From: an uncultured Clostridiaceae bacterium
GTDB taxonomy: Bacteria; Bacillota; Clostridia; TANB77; CAG-508
Assembly (NCBI GenBank): GCA_949902805.1
Contig: CATLDI010000001.1
Location: forward strand, 1,369 to 65,368
Length of the DNA stretch: 64,000 bases
Reading direction: 5' to 3'
Shown: positions 31,033 through 41,010 of the stretch, piece by piece
Numbering within the stretch: position 1 is the stretch's first letter
Layout of the letters: the number at the start of each line of letters is the position of its first letter
The notes under the pieces: generated by a model
Told to the model about the DNA's origin: nothing
Seen by the model: only the letters and a program-made list of their open reading frames with translations
Databases searched by the model: none
Translations under genes and position numbers: made by a program

Positions 31033-31860
31033 CTATTTTTTGTAGTTTAATAATTTATTTAATTCTGCTCCTAAAAATATTGTATAGAAACATGCATATG
31101 TCCACATCATTACAAGTATAAGTGTTGTTAAACTTCCATATGTTATTGAAAATCCTTTAAATACGTCTAAATAAATAGAAAATATAAATGAGATAATATT
31201 AAGTACTATCGCTCCAAATATTGCTCCATATATTTGACTTTTCAAATTCACTTTATGTTTTGGTATAAATTTATATATAATTAAGAACACTATGAAAGTT
31301 ATAAATATAAAACCTATTTCTGTAATAATGGCAGATATTCCTGTAAATTTTGCAAATAGCCCAAAGTATTCTTGTATTATTGAAATAAAACTGTTTCCAA
31401 ACACTAATATTGCAAGGCCTGCCGTTATTAATACTATAAATATTATTGTTTGGAATATTGCTTTAAGTCTTAATATAAAGTCGTTTTCCTTTTTTTCTCC
31501 TTCTATTATATATATTTCTCGTATTCCTTTTGTTAATGCATATAATCCTTTTCCTGCTGACCATAATATAAATATAATTGATATTGAAATTGTTCCTATT
31601 GATTTTGAGTATACTTCTTGTACTATTCCTAATATTAACTCATTCATACTGTTTGGTATCACTTTTGAAATAGCTTCAAATAAGTCTTGCTGAGTTATGC
31701 TTGTATATTGTATTAATGTTATTAATATTATTGCAAATGGTATAAATGATAATATTGTATAGTACGCACATTGTGCTGAATATTCGCTAACATGATCTTT
31801 ACTCATTTGCGTAAGCAGATTATTTACATTTTTATAAATTTTTTTTACAAATTCTCTCAT
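31033..31860 (-). CDS. YihY/BrkB-family membrane protein
   Basis: 275 aa, SAQCAYYTILSFIPF signature. Confidence 0.7.
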   Translation of the reverse strand: MREFVKKIYKNVNNLLTQMSKDHVSEYSAQCAYYTILSFIPFAIILITLIQYTSITQQDLFEAISKVIPNSMNELILGIVQEVYSKSIGTISISIIFILWSAGKGLYALTKGIREIYIIEGEKKENDFILRLKAIFQTIIFIVLITAGLAILVFGNSFISIIQEYFGLFAKFTGISAIITEIGFIFITFIVFLIIYKFIPKHKVNLKSQIYGAIFGAIVLNIISFIFSIYLDVFKGFSITYGSLTTLILVMMWTYACFYTIFLGAELNKLLNYKK

Positions 31861-31914
31861 TTAATTTCCTCTTATATATTATATTCTCCATATTGTCATA
31901 TATAAATACACGTT

Positions 31915-32109
31915 TTATATAATATCTGATTTTTTTGGCATTATAATTGCTGCTATTATATATGCTATTATTCCGCTTCCTGCACATGCTGTAAATAGTA
32001 TCCATGCTAACCTAACTAAAGTGGGGTCTATATCAAAATATTCTGCTATTCCTCCACATACTCCATCTAACTTTTTACCTTGTTCTATTTTATATAGTCT
32101 TTTTTTCAT
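31915..32109 (-). CDS. PspC-domain protein
   Basis: LYKIEQGKKLDGVCGGIAEYFDIDPTLVRLAWIL. Confidence 0.7.
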   Translation of the reverse strand: MKKRLYKIEQGKKLDGVCGGIAEYFDIDPTLVRLAWILFTACAGSGIIAYIIAAIIMPKKSDII

Positions 32110-32288
32110 TTAATTTCCCCCATATTCTTGTTTTGCTCTTCTGGTTTCTTTGTCTCTTTTTCAAATTTTTCTTGTGCCTCTTTTATAAATATTTTACTTC
32201 TTCCACAGTTTGGGTTATTTAATGGGCAATGGTTATAGCAACCTCTACAGGTTAATTTTGATAAATATTCTCGAAATTTTTCGTCCAT
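32106..32288 (-). CDS. small Cys-rich (zinc-ribbon-like) protein, 4-nt overlap with PspC gene
   Basis: CRGCYNHCPLNNPNC. Confidence 0.4.
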   Translation of the reverse strand: MDEKFREYLSKLTCRGCYNHCPLNNPNCGRSKIFIKEAQEKFEKETKKPEEQNKNMGEIK

Positions 32289-32358
32289 TTTCCGTTTCCT
32301 TCCATCTTATATATTTATTATTAATTTTGTATTTTGTAAGTATTTAAAACAATTTATT

Positions 32359-32973
32359 TTAATGCCTTTTAAAATATTCTTTTCCTACCTTACATATAGG
32401 GCACTGAAAATTTTCTGGTAACTCTTCTCCATAGTATATATAACCACATACTGAACATATCCACGCTGTTTTTCCTTTTTCAGTAGTAACTTTTAATAGT
32501 TCTTCTTTATGTTCTTGATAATAACCATAACTCATTGGTTCTTTCTCTTCAAAGACATCTGCTTCTATCATTTTTCCTATGAATAGTGTATGTGTATCAT
32601 TTTCTATACTATCTATTATTTCACATACCATATATCCTATCGAATCATTTATAACATCTATTTCTTCTATTTTTGTTGTTTCTATATTTTCAAATTTGTT
32701 TATTTCTCTGGATGTGTTGAACCCGAAGGTTTTAATTATTTCTGGTTTTACGTCTTTACTTAGTACTGATATAGCAAATTTATTGTGTTTTTTTAATAGT
32801 TCATTAGTGTAATTGCTTTTCATTACAGCTACTGATATTAATGGCTCATCTCCTGCACTTACTTGTGATACTGCATCTACTATACAACCTCCTTCTTTTG
32901 TTGTTAGTACATACATCCCTTGTGTTATTTTTCTTGTTATTTTTATATTTTTCAAGTCTATTTTCCTTTCCAT
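32359..32973 (-). CDS. flavin-reductase-like domain fused to C-terminal rubredoxin (high-molecular-weight rubredoxin, Hrb-like)
   Basis: N-terminal FMN-binding split-barrel-like; C-terminal CSVCGYIY....CPICKVGK. Confidence 0.7.
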   Translation of the reverse strand: MERKIDLKNIKITRKITQGMYVLTTKEGGCIVDAVSQVSAGDEPLISVAVMKSNYTNELLKKHNKFAISVLSKDVKPEIIKTFGFNTSREINKFENIETTKIEEIDVINDSIGYMVCEIIDSIENDTHTLFIGKMIEADVFEEKEPMSYGYYQEHKEELLKVTTEKGKTAWICSVCGYIYYGEELPENFQCPICKVGKEYFKRH

Positions 32974-33003
32974 TTCTATACTTATTTTGTCTTTATATTA
33001 GCA

Positions 33004-33050
33004 TAAAAGCAAATAATTAGCAAGGCTAACTATTTGCTTTTATGTTTTTT
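33004..33050. terminator. terminator hairpin GCAAATAATTAGCAAGGCTAACTATTTGC + T-run; diverged paralog of hairpins at 42527 and 46176 with compensatory stem changes
   Basis: stem preserved by paired substitutions relative to the other two copies. Confidence 0.65.
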
Positions 33051-33082
33051 TGTTGAATAGGTAAAATTTGTTTACTTTTTTG

Positions 33083-33763
33083 TTAATTTATTGCTATATC
33101 TTTAACATTAGTGTTTTGCTTTTTATATATTTTAAACATTTTGTCATTTATCATATTTATTATTTTAGCATAAATGTATAGCTTAAAACTATCTATATTT
33201 GACAATTTCTTTTTGGGTTTGTATTTTACTTTGTGCTCAGCGGTTGCCCAAAAGTCCATTAGTTGTGTTCTTATTTGTATTTCTACTTTTATATGTATTA
33301 TTTCTTCTTTTATTTTTACTGGCATTTCTACTATTATATGATAAGCTGAATAGCCACTCTTTTTTGCCTTTTTTATATAGTCTTTTTCTTTTAATATTTT
33401 TATGTCTTTTTGATTGGCTATAATATTTCTTATTTTATAAATATCTTCTTTATAGTTGCATACAATTCTTACTCCAGCAATATCATTAATGTTCTGAATC
33501 ATATTTTCATAATTAATTTCTATTTTCTTCTTTCTCATTTTTCCAGCTATGCTTTCTGGGCTTTTTATTCTTGATGTAATATTAGTTATTACCTCATATT
33601 TGTAATGTTCATTTAATAATTGTTCTAAATGTGTAAATTTTTCTACTGTGTCATTTAATGCTTTTTTATATATTAGCATAATTATTTCAAATTCATTATA
33701 TTCTTTTTTTATTAGTTCATTATTTTCTACCAATTCATTTTCACTTTTTAATATACTTTCCAT
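33083..33763 (-). CDS. small alarmone synthetase (RelA/SpoT-domain GTP pyrophosphokinase, RelQ/RelP-like)
   Basis: 226 aa; DIAGVRIVCNY....KKSGYSAYHIIV. Confidence 0.75.
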   Translation of the reverse strand: MESILKSENELVENNELIKKEYNEFEIIMLIYKKALNDTVEKFTHLEQLLNEHYKYEVITNITSRIKSPESIAGKMRKKKIEINYENMIQNINDIAGVRIVCNYKEDIYKIRNIIANQKDIKILKEKDYIKKAKKSGYSAYHIIVEMPVKIKEEIIHIKVEIQIRTQLMDFWATAEHKVKYKPKKKLSNIDSFKLYIYAKIINMINDKMFKIYKKQNTNVKDIAIN

Positions 33764-33843
33764 TCTATACCTCCTTAATTAGGTTATATGGATTATATAT
33801 TACCTTTGTTAAACATATATTAACGTTTTGTGACTTTTTTGTG

Positions 33844-34270
33844 TTATCTATTTTTTAAAATCATTCCTTTTCCTAGTCCCGCTTCTTCTCTAGTTTGAAA
33901 ACCTAATTTTTTATAAAATCCTTCTTTTCCGAATGGAAGCTCCTACATATACTCTTACACTCGAATTATTCTTTTTTACTTCTTCAATCTTTAATAATAA
34001 CTTTTCAATTATCATTGTTCCAATTCCATTAGATTGATATTTTGGAAGAACCATTATGTCTTGTATATATAAGAAACATATTTCATCTCCAATAATTCTA
34101 CCAAAACCTGCTATATTATTGCCATCATATACAGAAATAGAATAAAATGTATTACTTAATGAAATTTCTGAAATTTTTTCATCATAAGCTCCCCATCCCA
34201 CTTCATTGTATAAGTATTGAAATTCTTTAACATTTTTTATATTTTCTTTAAATTCTAACATCTTCATCAT
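33844..34270 (-). CDS. GNAT N-acetyltransferase; in-frame CGG at 33929-33931 followed by +1 continuation (annotated ORF ends 33911)
   Basis: ...VRVYVGASI then CGG; skipping C gives GKEGFYKKLGFQTREEAGLGKGMILKNR*, a typical GNAT C-terminus. Confidence 0.6.
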
Positions 34271-34402
34271 TCCTTTAAAATTATTTACCTTTTTATATCA
34301 TAAAGATATATAATTAGCAAGTTACAATTCATTCGAACAACCAGTCACTTATTTGACACTTAATATTTAATATGATATTCTCCATATTAAGATTATATAA
34401 AG

Positions 34403-35089
34403 GTGTTGATTTATTTGAGAAGAACAAAGTTGAATGATAGAGTTTTACCTTCTTATACAAAAGGTGAAGAAATTTTTAATATGGTTACTCATATTGTGGG
34501 TGGTGCTTTAGGTGTTATTGCTCTTATTATGGTTCCTATTTTTGCAGGTGTGCACCATAATGTTTATGGTATTGTTAGTGGTATTATTTTTGGGATTTCT
34601 ATGATTTTACTTTATTGTATGTCTAGTATATACCACGGTCTTAGTCCTAAACTTAAGGCTAAAAAAGTTTTCCAGATTTTAGACCATTGTTCTATTTTTA
34701 TTTTAATAGCTGGTTCTTATACCCCTTTTTGTTTATGCACATTAAGAGAATATAACCCTATAACTGGATACTCTATTCTTGTTGTTATTTGGACTTCTGC
34801 TATATTAGGTATTATTTTTAATTCTATTGATATTAAAAAGTATAAAGTACTTTCAATGATTTGTTACTTATTAATGGGTTGGTGTATTATTGTTAAAATA
34901 AATATTTTACCTAATTTATTAACTATTCCTGGTTTTGTACTTCTACTTCTTGGTGGTATTATTTATACAATTGGGGCTGTACTATATGGAGTTGGAAAAA
35001 AACATAAGTATATTCATTCTGTTTTCCATATATTTATATTTTTAGGAAATTTATTGCATTTTCTTTGTATATTGTTCTATGTTGTTTAA
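34403..35089 (+). CDS. hemolysin III / PAQR-family membrane protein
   Basis: 228 aa, 7 TM, HxxxH-type motifs. Confidence 0.8.
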   Translation: MLIYLRRTKLNDRVLPSYTKGEEIFNMVTHIVGGALGVIALIMVPIFAGVHHNVYGIVSGIIFGISMILLYCMSSIYHGLSPKLKAKKVFQILDHCSIFILIAGSYTPFCLCTLREYNPITGYSILVVIWTSAILGIIFNSIDIKKYKVLSMICYLLMGWCIIVKINILPNLLTIPGFVLLLLGGIIYTIGAVLYGVGKKHKYIHSVFHIFIFLGNLLHFLCILFYVV

Positions 35090-35145
35090 TTATTATCAAA
35101 ATGAGGTGGTCTTATAATTTTAAGACCACCTCTACTATTTCTAAT

Positions 35146-35943
35146 TTATTTTCCTACATTTATATTCCCACAATCACACTCTATTTTTAATACTACTTCT
35201 GAGTTTCTATTGTTTCCACTTATATTTGATTTTCCTAAATCTACTTTTGCATCTATATAAATGTCGTTAGTTTCATTTATATTTGCATTTCCTAAATCTA
35301 CTTTTATTTTTGAGTTTTCGTTTATGAAAAGTTTTTCGATTTCTATGTTTCCTGAATCTACTTCTATGTCACATTTATTTAATATTTCTTCTATTTCTAC
35401 CCCACCTAAGTCGCATTTTATATTTGCATTTTTTATTTTGCCGACTTCTACATTTCCTGCATCACAATCTACATTTAGTGTTGCTTTTTCTAAATTCTCT
35501 ATTTCGCAATTTCCCATATTATTTTTTATTTTTATTGTGCCTTCGTAATTTGTTGGAATATATACTATAATATCATTTTTGATATTTCCAAAATTAAAAA
35601 ACATGAATTTATTTTTCTTTGTATAATCTACTGTTAATTTGCTTTGGCTTAAAGTAACTTCTACGTCTGATTTTTCCTCTCCATAAGCAATTACTGTAAT
35701 GTTATTATCTGTGGCTTCTTTAAAGGTAATATCTCCTGCGTCTTGTTTTATTTCTATATTTTCTATTTTTTCTATACTAAATGTTTTATCATATATTACC
35801 TCGTTACTTTTAGAGCCAAAATTTATTATTCTATTTCTTCCTCCACATAAACTTACTACTAAGAACATTACTAAAGCAAATATTAGTAATGAAAGTAATA
35901 TTATTAAAAATATAATTGGTGCTTTATTGTTCATCTTCTTCAT
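35146..35943 (-). CDS. DUF4097-family (putative adhesin, beta-helix repeat) membrane-anchored protein
   Basis: repeated VD.GN.EV units after N-terminal TM. Confidence 0.6.
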   Translation of the reverse strand: MKKMNNKAPIIFLIILLSLLIFALVMFLVVSLCGGRNRIINFGSKSNEVIYDKTFSIEKIENIEIKQDAGDITFKEATDNNITVIAYGEEKSDVEVTLSQSKLTVDYTKKNKFMFFNFGNIKNDIIVYIPTNYEGTIKIKNNMGNCEIENLEKATLNVDCDAGNVEVGKIKNANIKCDLGGVEIEEILNKCDIEVDSGNIEIEKLFINENSKIKVDLGNANINETNDIYIDAKVDLGKSNISGNNRNSEVVLKIECDCGNINVGK

Positions 35944-36583
35944 CTCCTTTTAGCATAAATATTAGTTTTATAACTTGACATATTAGCCCATTAATTATAA
36001 ATATTACCCATGTTACATGCCATGCCATTGTTGTAAAGCTTATAATAAAGTATATTGCCACACAAATTGAGCCTATAATACCATTTATTTGTTTTATTAT
36101 TTTTTCTTCTTTCTTTTCTTCCTTTGTTTTTTCAAATTTTGGCATTGACATGTAGTTTTTTATTATTCTAGCTGTTGCCCATCCTATTAATATTAAGAAT
36201 ATTGAGCTTGCTATTATTGGATTTACATGTTTTACTGGAACTAATATCATTATTAAAGCTACTGCTAAAATATATATAAAAACAGAACCACTTACTACTT
36301 TTGCTGATTTTTCTTTTGCTTCTTGTTTTGTAAGCACTTTTTCTTTCTTTTCTTCTTGTTCCTCATTCTTTTCCTGTTTTTCTTCTTTTTTACCTGTTAA
36401 CAGTTCTTCTACTCCTATTTCGAATAATTCACATATTGGAACTATTTTGTCAAAATCTGGTGTGCTTTGGTTTGTTTCCCATTTTGAAACAGTTTGTCTG
36501 GTTACATTTAATTTTTCTGCCACCTCATCTTGTGTTAAGCTTTTTGTTTTTCTTAATTCAAATAATCTTTCTCCTAAATTCAT
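35924..36583 (-). CDS. XRE-family HTH regulator with C-terminal membrane domain
   Basis: MNLGERLFELRKTKSLTQDEVAEKLNVTRQTVSKWE then TM helices; overlaps downstream DUF4097 gene. Confidence 0.7.
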   Translation of the reverse strand: MNLGERLFELRKTKSLTQDEVAEKLNVTRQTVSKWETNQSTPDFDKIVPICELFEIGVEELLTGKKEEKQEKNEEQEEKKEKVLTKQEAKEKSAKVVSGSVFIYILAVALIMILVPVKHVNPIIASSIFLILIGWATARIIKNYMSMPKFEKTKEEKKEEKIIKQINGIIGSICVAIYFIISFTTMAWHVTWVIFIINGLICQVIKLIFMLKGDEEDEQ

Positions 36584-36807
36584 TCTTCTTTCCCCTTTCT
36601 ATGTTTCAAATTATATATTTTTTCTTAGTTGCTTTCCATCAATTTAAGTTGGAAATTTGTCAACTGATTTTAACATTATAGTGTTTCCAAGTGTTTTGAG
36701 GTTTTTATTTTACGTTTAATTTTAAATTTTCTTTTATCATATTATCCTATTTTATTATAGCATTTTCTTACTTAATTTTTATATTCTAAAGATTTTTCTT
36801 CTAATAA

Positions 36808-37273
36808 TTAAAAATTGCAAGTAATTGTTTTTAAAAAATTATTTTTATTATTTGTAACTACCTTATACATTTTATTCGCTCTTATATATATTTCTTTTTT
36901 ATTTGAATTAATATATCTATATTCTGATGATATTAATTTTTTGTACTTTACATCTTTTTCAGAATATTTCAAAAGATGTATTACATTTATTTCTTTCGGA
37001 ACTGGTAGCATTGCTGAAAATTTAATAATTGCTAATGGGGTATTTTTTCTATCATATATAAATAAAAAGCTAGGATTATTTTTATATTTTTTATAATGCT
37101 CTTTATATGAGTACAATGGCACCAAAATATTCGTAATTTTCTATTTTTAATACTACTCCTAAATATAGTCTACTATGCTCTGTTTCATCTTTATTGTAGC
37201 TTATATGTTTTTCATACTTACTTAAATATTTAATATAATTTTCATCAATAGTATAAAATAATAGTTCTTCCAT
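36808..37273 (-). CDS. ToxN/AbiQ-family type III toxin endoribonuclease; single extra G (about 37122-37123) splits the frame
   Basis: MEELLFYTIDENYIKYLSKYE...YLGVVLKIENYEYF / VPLYSYKEHYKKYKNNPSF...; compares with AbiQ MKKYYIIDNEYIDYLRKFE...YIGILFEIENKTYYVPLTSVKNHW. Confidence 0.65.
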
Positions 37274-37305
37274 TTATTTCCTCTTTCTATTTTTTAATGC
37301 AAAAA

Positions 37306-37330
37306 GGGAGTACACTTTTTAATGTACCCC
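37306..37330 (-). terminator. rho-independent terminator between toxI-like repeats and toxN
   Basis: minus strand GGGGGTACATTAAAAAGTGTACTCCC + TTTTTGC, the canonical type III TA arrangement. Confidence 0.65.
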
Positions 37331-37334
37331 CAAT

Positions 37335-37440
37335 AATTTAGAACAGCTCATTTATAAGGCTTGAGCTTTACCTAATTTCATAACGTTCTTTTTTAGGTTA
37401 GAACTTCCTATTAGTAATCACAATAGATTACTCTTCTAGT
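37335..37440 (-). ncRNA. candidate ToxI-like antitoxin RNA: 2-3 degenerate 36-39-nt repeats beginning AGG and ending AAATT
   Basis: AGGAAGTTCTAACCTAAAAAAGAACGTTATGAAATT / AGGTAAAGCTCAAGCCTTATAAATGAGCTGTTCTAAATT; each with internal stem; upstream sigma-A promoter. Confidence 0.4.
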
Positions 37441-37446
37441 ATATTT

Positions 37447-37476
37447 ATTATAATACTATTTTATTCATTATGTCAA
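37447..37476 (-). promoter_or_regulatory. sigma-A-type promoter TTGACA-17-TTATAAT driving the toxIN locus
   Basis: consensus -35 and -10 with 17-bp spacer. Confidence 0.6.
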
Positions 37477-37584
37477 TACAAAGTTTAATTTTTTGCAATT
37501 TTCTTTTTTTATTTTTTTATTTAATAAGAGCCTAGTACAGAAAACTGGATGCACAATGTGCACCCAGTTTTTTAGGTAGAATTT

Positions 37585-39369
37585 TTAATTATTATTCTGA
37601 TATTCCTGTAACATCTTTGCCTTTTCTTCGTCTGAAAGGCTGTTCCAAGTATCTTCAGTCACATCAGGATTTACTTCGATTATTTGGTTTACATCTGCAT
37701 CGTATGCTGAAGTTCCTTTATCGAGTTCATTTCTTTTTTCCTGTGCTTCTGAAACTGGTGTTGCAAATTGGATGTTGTCAAAGGTTATGATGTCTACTGT
37801 ACCGTTTTTGTCGTCCACATAGGTAATTTGTACTGTGTCGCCATCACGAGTTACTGCAAGTTCTTCTGAAACCATGTATGATGCTGTGAAGATTTTTCCT
37901 TCTTCTCCTTCTACTACTAAGTAGTAATAAGTTGAACCATCTTCTACTACATTTGATATACGCTGAACTTTGCCTTCATATGTGTATCCATATGCTTCAT
38001 CGGAGGCTACTACTTGTGTGCTACTGTTTCTTGCAACAGATTGTATATATGCTCTGCTTGCTTCTGCTAAGCTAGCACCTTTGGCTGCTATACTATAATT
38101 TTCAACATTTACAAATGCAAATGCCTTTAAAAGTCCCTCTTCATCTTTTAGTCCATGGGCGTAGGTAGCTATCCCATTAATATTGATTGGAAATGGCTCT
38201 GTAGACTTATAACCAAAATCAGATACTAAGCCTTCTGCCGATTTCATTGCAGCATTTTCTGTTGCACCACTTATATGGCATATTTGAGCATGTTTGTTGC
38301 GAGTGTTTACCATGATAAAACCTGAACAAGACTCGTCTGTTCCTACACTTGTCATGCCTGTGAAATAGTAACAATCACCATTTACATAGACGGTTAAGGT
38401 TAGGTCTGTTTTTTTAGTCATTTCTGTATTGCCAAACATTGTATTCCAGAAACCATGTATCAGTTCTCCCCAATTGTCGATTTGGTCTTCAATGAACGAC
38501 TTTGGCTGAATGATATCTACCCATTCTGGCGTATCTTCTATTGAATACCAATTTGTTTCGCCAGTTTGTGCATCTACAATTACAACTCCTGTTGCTTCTT
38601 CAGCACTAAAAATTGTATGATTTTCAAAAGTAGTTACTACCCAGTATGGTCTTCCAGAATCATCAATTTCAAACGTATATTCTGTTAAACCTACATTTCT
38701 AAAACCTTCGTTTCGCATATGCCGTTTTAAGTCTTTGCTAAAATATGCTGACTCCTGATAACGAATGTTAATCTTTTCGCCATCTAATTCTGTTACAAAG
38801 TTCACTTTGTTGGGATTTGAAGCAGATACAGTAATGTATCCCGGTGTAGCTCTATTTTTGTTCCATTTCCAAAAGCTTGTATGCTCAAGAGGTACAACAA
38901 ACATAATCTCACCATTTACCTCCTGAATTGCAGCATCTCCTAATTTTATTCTGGAGCCTAAAGCAATATCTTCGCCGATTTTCTTATCAGCCTGCTTATT
39001 GGCTAATGCTTCATCTACAATTGGAATTTGTGAAGTATCAATTTGTTTAATCATTTCATTAAACTCTACTTCTTCTACTTCTCCAATTTGTTGCTGCTTT
39101 GTCATAGCGTTAAACGCTCTACTTCCTGCAATTCCTCCTAATCCAAGAACTACAATTACAATTACAACACCTACAACTTCTATTATTGCTGCAACTCCAA
39201 AATCTGAAACCCACATAGCAATATTTGCTATTAATGTAACTAGGCATATGCCGATGAATAAAAAGCCGCTTGCATATGCTATTGATAATGGTGGAAGCCA
39301 TAACAGATACAGTACCCACATTATTACTACTGAAAGAACACTTACAACTAACTTACCTACTTTTTCCAT
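37585..39369 (-). CDS. large membrane-anchored extracellular protein, unknown function; composition somewhat GC-richer than neighbours
   Basis: 594 aa; N-terminal TM segments; in-frame CGG at about 38731 read as sense. Confidence 0.45.
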   Translation of the reverse strand: MEKVGKLVVSVLSVVIMWVLYLLWLPPLSIAYASGFLFIGICLVTLIANIAMWVSDFGVAAIIEVVGVVIVIVVLGLGGIAGSRAFNAMTKQQQIGEVEEVEFNEMIKQIDTSQIPIVDEALANKQADKKIGEDIALGSRIKLGDAAIQEVNGEIMFVVPLEHTSFWKWNKNRATPGYITVSASNPNKVNFVTELDGEKINIRYQESAYFSKDLKRHMRNEGFRNVGLTEYTFEIDDSGRPYWVVTTFENHTIFSAEEATGVVIVDAQTGETNWYSIEDTPEWVDIIQPKSFIEDQIDNWGELIHGFWNTMFGNTEMTKKTDLTLTVYVNGDCYYFTGMTSVGTDESCSGFIMVNTRNKHAQICHISGATENAAMKSAEGLVSDFGYKSTEPFPININGIATYAHGLKDEEGLLKAFAFVNVENYSIAAKGASLAEASRAYIQSVARNSSTQVVASDEAYGYTYEGKVQRISNVVEDGSTYYYLVVEGEEGKIFTASYMVSEELAVTRDGDTVQITYVDDKNGTVDIITFDNIQFATPVSEAQEKRNELDKGTSAYDADVNQIIEVNPDVTEDTWNSLSDEEKAKMLQEYQNNN

Positions 39370-39651
39370 GCTAAAATCCTCCTACGTTGTTTGCTTGGTT
39401 TTTAGTTACTTGTGAAATTCTATCCTCCTTTTTTATTTTACTTAAAATAAATTTTTTAAACATGTTACTTTAAAAGTATAGCATATTTTATGGAGACTTG
39501 CAATAGGTTATTGACTTTTTCAGCTTTTTTGCGGTTGTACTCAAAAATCTCTATTTTGTTGCAATTATTTACTTGACATTTTACATAATAGATGATATCC
39601 TCATATCGTCACTTTATAAATAATCTTTTTAAAATTTTAAGGAGGTATACT

Positions 39652-40764
39652 ATGAAACAGATTCATTCTTTTGTGCTTACAGGTGGACCTTGTGGTGGAA
39701 AAACTTCTGGCTTATCTATTATTGAGCAGGAACTTGGCAATCGGGGGTATTACGTTTTAGTTGTTCCTGAAACAGCAACTGAACTTATTCCTACTGGTAT
39801 TAGGCCTTTTGGAAATTCTTTAAATAACTTTGATTTTCAGCATGTTCTTTTAGAAAAACAATTATTTAAGGAAAAACTTTATAAAGATACAGCTAATCGC
39901 TATATTCCATCAAATAACATTGTCATTCTACATGACCGTGGAATTATTGATAATAAAACTTATATGACACCTGGCGAATTTCAAACACTTCTCTATCAAT
40001 TCGATATGAATGAAGTATTAGCAAGGGATAGATATGATGCTGTGTTTCACCTTGTAACTGCTGCTAATGGTGCAGAAGAGTTTTATACTTTAGCTAATAA
40101 TGTTTCTAGAACAGAAACACCTGAACAAGCAAGAGAATTAGACAGAAAAGGTATTGCAAATTGGACTGGTCACCCACATTTGCGAGTCATTGATAATTCA
40201 ACTGATTTTAAGAAAAAGATGTCACGACTTATGAATGAAATTTATTCATCTCTTGGTGTTCCTGTTCCTATTGAAGTTGAACGTAAATACTTAGTTTTTC
40301 GGCCTGATTTAGATATTCTTTCTAAATATGTTGACATTACAACAGTAGATATTGTTCAATCATATCTTACTTCTGACAATGGTAAAGAACGCAGAATTAG
40401 GCAACGTGGACAGGATGGTAATTTTTCTTATTACATTACTGAAAAGCAGGAAACTTTTGGTATTGAACGTCCTGAAGTTGAAAGAAAAATTTCTGAGAAG
40501 GAATATCTTTGTTATCTTTCACAGATTGACCCTTCTCTCAAACCTATTGTAAAGAAACGTGTTTGCTTTGTTTACAAAGCTCAATATTTTGAACTTGACT
40601 TTTTCAATTTTTCTACTGATTATGCTTTAATGGAAATTGAGCTAACTGATAAAAACAGCCTTGTAAACTTACCAAGTTTCATTAATGTTTTAGGTGAAGT
40701 TACTGACAACCCTAAATATAGGAATCATGCACTTGCTAAAACTCAGGCATTTCCTTCTTGCTAA
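39652..40764 (+). CDS. P-loop nucleotide-kinase-like ATPase fused to CYTH (triphosphate tunnel metalloenzyme) domain
   Basis: LTGGPCGGKTSG Walker A; C-terminal ERKYLV...EIEL CYTH signatures; AGGAGG RBS before ATG 39652; two in-frame CGG (39742, 40300). Confidence 0.65.
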   Translation: MKQIHSFVLTGGPCGGKTSGLSIIEQELGNRGYYVLVVPETATELIPTGIRPFGNSLNNFDFQHVLLEKQLFKEKLYKDTANRYIPSNNIVILHDRGIIDNKTYMTPGEFQTLLYQFDMNEVLARDRYDAVFHLVTAANGAEEFYTLANNVSRTETPEQARELDRKGIANWTGHPHLRVIDNSTDFKKKMSRLMNEIYSSLGVPVPIEVERKYLVFRPDLDILSKYVDITTVDIVQSYLTSDNGKERRIRQRGQDGNFSYYITEKQETFGIERPEVERKISEKEYLCYLSQIDPSLKPIVKKRVCFVYKAQYFELDFFNFSTDYALMEIELTDKNSLVNLPSFINVLGEVTDNPKYRNHALAKTQAFPSC

Positions 40765-40851
40765 TTTAACTGTTTCGTATTTTATTTATACAAAAACCCA
40801 AAAGAATGTACTACATCTTTTGGGTTTAATATTCAATAAGTTTTTTTAATT

Positions 40852-40989
40852 TTATTCTTCTACTTTTACAAACATATCTTTTCCAACCCCACATAATGGG
40901 CATACCCAGTCTTCTGGTAGGTCTTCGAATTTTACTTTTTCTATTTCTTCATCGTATATATATCCGCATACAGTACATTCATATTTCAT
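40852..40989 (-). CDS. rubredoxin (45 aa)
   Basis: [15 protein letters not shown]....[14 protein letters not shown]; below ORF-track size cutoff. Confidence 0.8.
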   Translation of the reverse strand: MKYECTVCGYIYDEEIEKVKFEDLPEDWVCPLCGVGKDMFVKVEE

Positions 40990-41010
40990 ATTTTTCACCT
41001 CCTTAAATAT

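Noticed and set aside
37335-37440. CRISPR array interpretation of the short repeats
   Set aside because: Only 2-3 degenerate repeats with no unique spacers, immediately followed by a terminator and a ToxN-like ORF. A type III TA antitoxin fits better.
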